64,000 nt of DNA from Mobula hypostoma. Taxonomy: Eukaryota. This document shows positions 59,226 through 64,000 of this stretch, one piece after another (position 1 is the first letter of the stretch; each line of letters begins with the position of its first letter). Under the pieces are notes generated by a model. That model was not told where the DNA came from and did no database searches. It worked only from the letters and a program-made list of their open reading frames with translations. The stretch covers positions 48,548,001-48,612,000 of the forward strand of contig NC_086108.1 of the NCBI RefSeq assembly GCF_963921235.1. The letters run 5' to 3'. The translations under genes were made by a program, and so were the position numbers.

Positions 59226-61643
59226 ATGGTGAAGATGACTCTGTTGGTGGCAATTGTTGCATTAACTTATCTTTCCGCACCTGCTACTTGTGTAACATCA
59301 AAGAAGGTAGAAACATTTTTAGTGAATTGTTCGGGGATTAGATATCCACTTTCTCCTTGTACCCTGGGCTCAGACACAGTGAAGTTGGATCTCTCCCACA
59401 ACAACATCAAAACGATTCAACAGCAGAACTTCCAAAATCTTACCAAGCTGAAAGTTTTGTTTCTTCAGTTCAATTGGATCGCAACAATAGAACCTGGATC
59501 ATTTGCAAAAAATTCAGAACTACAGTATCTTGATCTTTCAAATAATCTTCTGCATGATATTTCAGTCTTGCCATTTACCAATCTCCAATCAATAAGACAC
59601 TTGGATATTACCAACAATAGGTTTGAAACAGCTCACTTTGGAGCAGAGATTAGCAGGTTGCAGAAGCTACACACTTTACGTTTTGGAAATTCTAGGCTAT
59701 ATTCTCTGAATTCGAGTTCCTTATTTGCCCTTCATGCAATCCAAATTAAGGAGATCTATTTGATCACTGGAGAGCTGCGGACATATGAACCTGGAACACT
59801 CAGTATGATACAAAGCATGGAAAAACTTTCTTTAGATTTACAGTTTGGGCAGCAACCACAATTATTGATTAATATTTTCAAGGATATTCCAATAACGACA
59901 ACCACATTAGAAATCCTAAATACCGATCTGGCCAAATATGGTAATAATGTAGATCTGTTCTTCCCTTTAAGCACATCAAATGTTTCCACATTAATTGTAA
60001 AGAATATTTCCATCACTGATTCTTTGGCTATTTATTTCTTTAATGGTGTCCTAAGCTCAAAAATAAGAGACTTATATTTGCACACTATTACAATGAATGG
60101 CATTGGCAATTGGAACATACAGGCTGTACCAGTAGAGAAGGTTAATTTGCGTAGAATTTCTATAACTGATGTTTCTAATCCAAATTTCTATAAATTTTAC
60201 TCACTTTCTTATTTAATTGATCTATTTTCACAACTTCGGGAGCTAACAATAACTGAGGGGAGTTTGTTCTATGTTCCATGTGCAGTAACAGAAATTTTGG
60301 CTTTTTTAACATATTTGGACGTATCTTCCAACTTACTTCAAGTATCCACCTTAATTCCTGAAACATGTTCAACTCCTTTACCCAGTCTTAAAACCCTCAT
60401 TCTAAACAGGAACAAATTTACAAATCTACAACAACTCAGCAGGATGACAACCAGGTTAAGGAGCTTGTCCAATATAAGTGTTACTCATAATGATGTATTC
60501 CTGCCAAATGGAGTGACTTGCGCATGGCTTCAAACAGTGAAACGTATAGATTTATCACACAATAGATTGGAAGAAAATGTGTTTGAATGTTTGCCAGAAT
60601 CACTGGAATCTTTAGACTTAAGTTATAACTCCATCGCCACTGTGCCAAACCTCAAGACACTGAAAGATCTCCAGGAAATATTTTTGACAGGAAATGTCAT
60701 TGCATCTTTACCTGAAATCACAGGTCATTCACTGAAAACTGTGCATATTGACTACAATAAAATAACCAATATAAATGTAGGCTTATTGCAGTCCTGGAAT
60801 CTAACAGAGGTGAAATTGAGCAATAACCCTTTTGAATGTTTCTGTTCAATTCAGTCTTTCTCCAATTATGTTCAACAAACAAATACCAAGGTTCTTAACT
60901 GGCCTGATCAGTATGAATGTTATGTTCCACTGAAATTCAGAAATGGAGTTATCAAATATCTGAAATTTTCTCCCATTGAATGCAACATCCCCTTATTTAT
61001 TGGGCTCCTCATGACATGTGTAGCACTTATAGTGGCTGTATGTGTTATTTTGTGTATGAAATATAAAGTCACCTGGTATATACGTACACTTTGGCTTTGG
61101 CTCAAGGCTAAAAGAAATCTAGATGTCAGCCAGATTCAAAACAATTATGAGTTCAATGCTTTTATTTCATACAGTGAACATGATGCCTTATGGGTGAAGA
61201 ACAAATTGCTGGTACAGCTAGAGAACAATGATCCACCATATCGTATCTGCATCCACGAAAGAGATTTCAAACCTGGAAAGCCAATCATTACTAATATCAT
61301 TGACTGCATATCAAAAAGCTACAAAACCATCTTTATCCTGTCAAAACACTTTGTGCAAAGTGAATGGTGCCACTATGAATTTTTCTTTGCCCACCAACAG
61401 GTATTTGATTATAGGAAGGATAGTCTTATCCTGCTCCTGTTGGAACCAATCCCAAAGAATTCTATTCCAGATCGATTCTGTAAACTGAGGAAGCTGATGA
61501 ATCGCAACACCTACCTGGAGTGGCCCCAGAATGAGTTTCAACAGGGGTTCTTCTGGAGAAGATTGAAAGCTGTCCTAAACTTGGATTTCCATTCAAATTG
61601 TTCTAGAAGAGAGCATAATAAGGCGGGCCAATTAGATCCATAA
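59226..61643 (+). CDS. Toll-like receptor, TLR1 family (TLR1/6/10/14/18/27 group; TLR27-like candidate), CDS in one exon; alternative in-frame ATGs at 59181 and 59235
   Basis: Signal peptide MVKMTLLVAIVALTYLSAPATC; LRRs (LDLSHNNI, LDLSNNLL, LDLSYNSI); LRRCT NPFECFC; TM segment; TIR NAFISYS, ICIHERDFKPGK, FVQSEWCHYE, TYLEWP..FW. Acceptor tttggtag| at 59151. Confidence 0.95.
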   Translation: MVKMTLLVAIVALTYLSAPATCVTSKKVETFLVNCSGIRYPLSPCTLGSDTVKLDLSHNNIKTIQQQNFQNLTKLKVLFLQFNWIATIEPGSFAKNSELQYLDLSNNLLHDISVLPFTNLQSIRHLDITNNRFETAHFGAEISRLQKLHTLRFGNSRLYSLNSSSLFALHAIQIKEIYLITGELRTYEPGTLSMIQSMEKLSLDLQFGQQPQLLINIFKDIPITTTTLEILNTDLAKYGNNVDLFFPLSTSNVSTLIVKNISITDSLAIYFFNGVLSSKIRDLYLHTITMNGIGNWNIQAVPVEKVNLRRISITDVSNPNFYKFYSLSYLIDLFSQLRELTITEGSLFYVPCAVTEILAFLTYLDVSSNLLQVSTLIPETCSTPLPSLKTLILNRNKFTNLQQLSRMTTRLRSLSNISVTHNDVFLPNGVTCAWLQTVKRIDLSHNRLEENVFECLPESLESLDLSYNSIATVPNLKTLKDLQEIFLTGNVIASLPEITGHSLKTVHIDYNKITNINVGLLQSWNLTEVKLSNNPFECFCSIQSFSNYVQQTNTKVLNWPDQYECYVPLKFRNGVIKYLKFSPIECNIPLFIGLLMTCVALIVAVCVILCMKYKVTWYIRTLWLWLKAKRNLDVSQIQNNYEFNAFISYSEHDALWVKNKLLVQLENNDPPYRICIHERDFKPGKPIITNIIDCISKSYKTIFILSKHFVQSEWCHYEFFFAHQQVFDYRKDSLILLLLEPIPKNSIPDRFCKLRKLMNRNTYLEWPQNEFQQGFFWRRLKAVLNLDFHSNCSRREHNKAGQLDP

Positions 61644-62339
61644 ATATCACAAAGATATACAGTATAGTCATGCAGTTGTGCAGCACAGAAAGTGGTGGAA
61701 ACTCATTTGCTCTGACTCCATCTTTCAACATTTACCCCATACCCTTCTATGCCGAAGTGGTCCAAATGCTCATTATTGAAGATTAATCCAGAGTTATGAA
61801 ATTATGTGTAAAGCAGGTATAAATTAAAATGCAAACTAGTCTTCAAGTTCACAGTTTAACTTCCACTGTTACTTTAAAGTCATCAAAACCAATCATTGGG
61901 CTCATGACATTCTGATTCAGTACATTGTAACTACACAGAAGAAGAAAATACTTGAAAGTTCATGATAATTGGCCATTATTGAAAACCTGGTGATGGGATC
62001 AGGGAAGGCATTAAGTAGTCATTTTCTATATTAACACATCAAAGATATATCCTTGCCATTTAATACACAGTTCAGGACATATCTGTTTTGTCACTTCAAT
62101 GGGAATTATGTTATTCTCTAAAAGTTATCTGTCAATACTCAAAGTATGAAAGTAGGCAATTATAGCAATTAAAACTGTGGTTAATCATTCACTGTTATCT
62201 ATGTGTTTGAAAAGTATGAAACAACATTGTACTGTTGAGTGTGGTGAGAGCAAAAATACATTCTCCACTAGCCCTTTCTGTGATGAATATTTTCTATCAA
62301 CCACCTACAGTGACTCAGTTCATAGTCACAATACTAGTC

Positions 62340-63355
62340 TGGACACTGAATGCTGTCAATGAATCTGCTTCCACCACTCTCTTAGTACATCCAGGTATTC
62401 GCCACTCTCTAGTGAAAAACAGTCCTCCTTATATCCTGTCTAAATCTCTTACACTAAATCTGTATCCTTTTGTTTCCTCTAGCCCTGATATGGAGAATGT
62501 TTTCTACAGTCTACCCTATCTACACCCTTCATAATTTTCTACATCTTAATCTCATCACCTCTTAACCTCTTCTGCTCCATGGAGAACAGACGTAGCTTCT
62601 CCATTTTTGCTCTTAACTGAAACTCTACATCCCAGGTAACATGCTATTGAATTTCCTCTGCACTCTCTGTAGCAATATCACATCCTTCCTATAATTCCAA
62701 CTGAGGCCCAGGTATAGTTTGATAAATTTGGAGCACTACCTCCCCGCTTATGTATTCTGACTTGTATTCTATTTGTCTTTCTAATTACCTTCTGGGTCTA
62801 TGGGCTTGTACTCCAAGATCTCTCTATTCAACAATGCTCCCTTTGACCCAACCATTTATTGGACATGTCCTAGCCTCATTTGTTCTCCCAAATGCATCAT
62901 CTTACATTTATCTGGATTAAACTGCATCTGCCAATTCTCAGCCCACTTCACCAACACATTAATATCACTCTGTAAATTGACTCCCCACCAGGCTATTCAT
63001 GACTCTATAATCTCTGTATCATCTGCTGACTTAGTTCCACTTCTCCTACAGCCACATCAATTACATATATTACAAACAGCAAAAGTTCCAGCACCAGTCC
63101 TTGAGTAACATGACTAGTACTAAGCACTTTTTCCATTGTCAAACCAAATTTGCATCCAGTTTGTCAAATTTTCCTTAATCTCATAGGCCCTAACCTTTTG
63201 GACAAATCTCCCATGTGAAAGGTTGTCAAAGGCCTTACTGAAGGCAATGTAAACCACATCTACTGTTCTTCCCGCATTCATAAATTTGGGTGCATCTTCA
63301 AAACATATCAGACTGATTGGTCAGACAGGATGTGCATTTGACAAAGCCATGTGGC
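62340..63355 (-). mobile_element. Degenerate CR1 RT fragment downstream of the TLR
   Basis: Reverse complement shows decayed DVVY..KAFD, QGLVL, ADD and WQMQFN motifs. Confidence 0.7.
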
Positions 63356-64000
63356 TTCAAAACATTCAAAATAAAGGGCAAAGATTACTTACATTGAAAC
63401 TGTTACTTTCCCTCTGAATATTTATACCAAGTACTTTCTGCTACAATGCTTATATATAGTACATTGTGCATTCATATGTGCAATAAATGACATAGCAATT
63501 AGAAGTTTGAAATAAAATACATCATGTATGTATACTTCACTTTGTAAGATTTTGTTTTGAATAATGGTGAAAATGTAATTGTAATTTATTGTTCACCAGG
63601 TGGAAATTCTAGTCATCTTTTTTTTTAAACAAGATTTCAGCTCTGGATAAGGCAGGAGTGTGCCCATAATATGTTTGTAGCAATCCACTCATAGTCTTAT
63701 TCAAACACGTAAATTAAATGAAGAAACAAGGTAAAAGAAAAGATACAGCCCATGGCTGTGTCAGTGTTAGTGTGGAGTTAATTCCTGTGACATTGGTATG
63801 TTACCACTACCAAAATTTGTACATGTTGTCTACAATAACTGAATATAATTGCAACCTTGTAATGTTTGCACCATGTGTCATCTGAGCTGTACAGGAACGT
63901 TAGGAGTTTTCTTTGTCTGAACTCAGAGGAGTTATGTCTAATGCTTCAATATGTGAATAACCAACTCAGGCAAAAGTTGAATGTGGACTACATCTAGTTG

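Overview
Eukaryotic genomic DNA, most likely from a cartilaginous fish (shark or ray; inferred from the repeat families). Two host genes lie on the + strand: the last five coding exons of hemicentin-1 (HMCN1, 2252-13969) and a TLR1-family Toll-like receptor whose CDS sits in one exon (about 59181/59226-61643). The ~45 kb between them is mostly retroelements. (i) A four-level nest: old CR1, then a Gypsy LTR element (AGCT TSD, tRNA-Trp PBS), then an L1-clade LINE (18-bp TSD), then a young CR1. (ii) A second, full-length young CR1 with open ORFs and 172-bp tandem 5' monomers. (iii) A non-autonomous sushi-type LTR element with an apparent self-priming site. (iv) Penelope-derived hammerhead ribozyme motifs, SINEs, a Harbinger fossil and solo LTRs. 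The most striking observation is at the CR1 ORF1/ORF2 junction. All three CR1 copies that retain it carry an in-phase U_UUA_AAC slippery heptamer. In the two young copies it sits immediately before the ORF1 stop, and ORF2 lies in the -1 frame with no AUG ahead of its endonuclease domain. This suggests a gag-pol-like -1 programmed ribosomal frameshift in a LINE. All coordinates and comparisons were made by eye; no searches were run.
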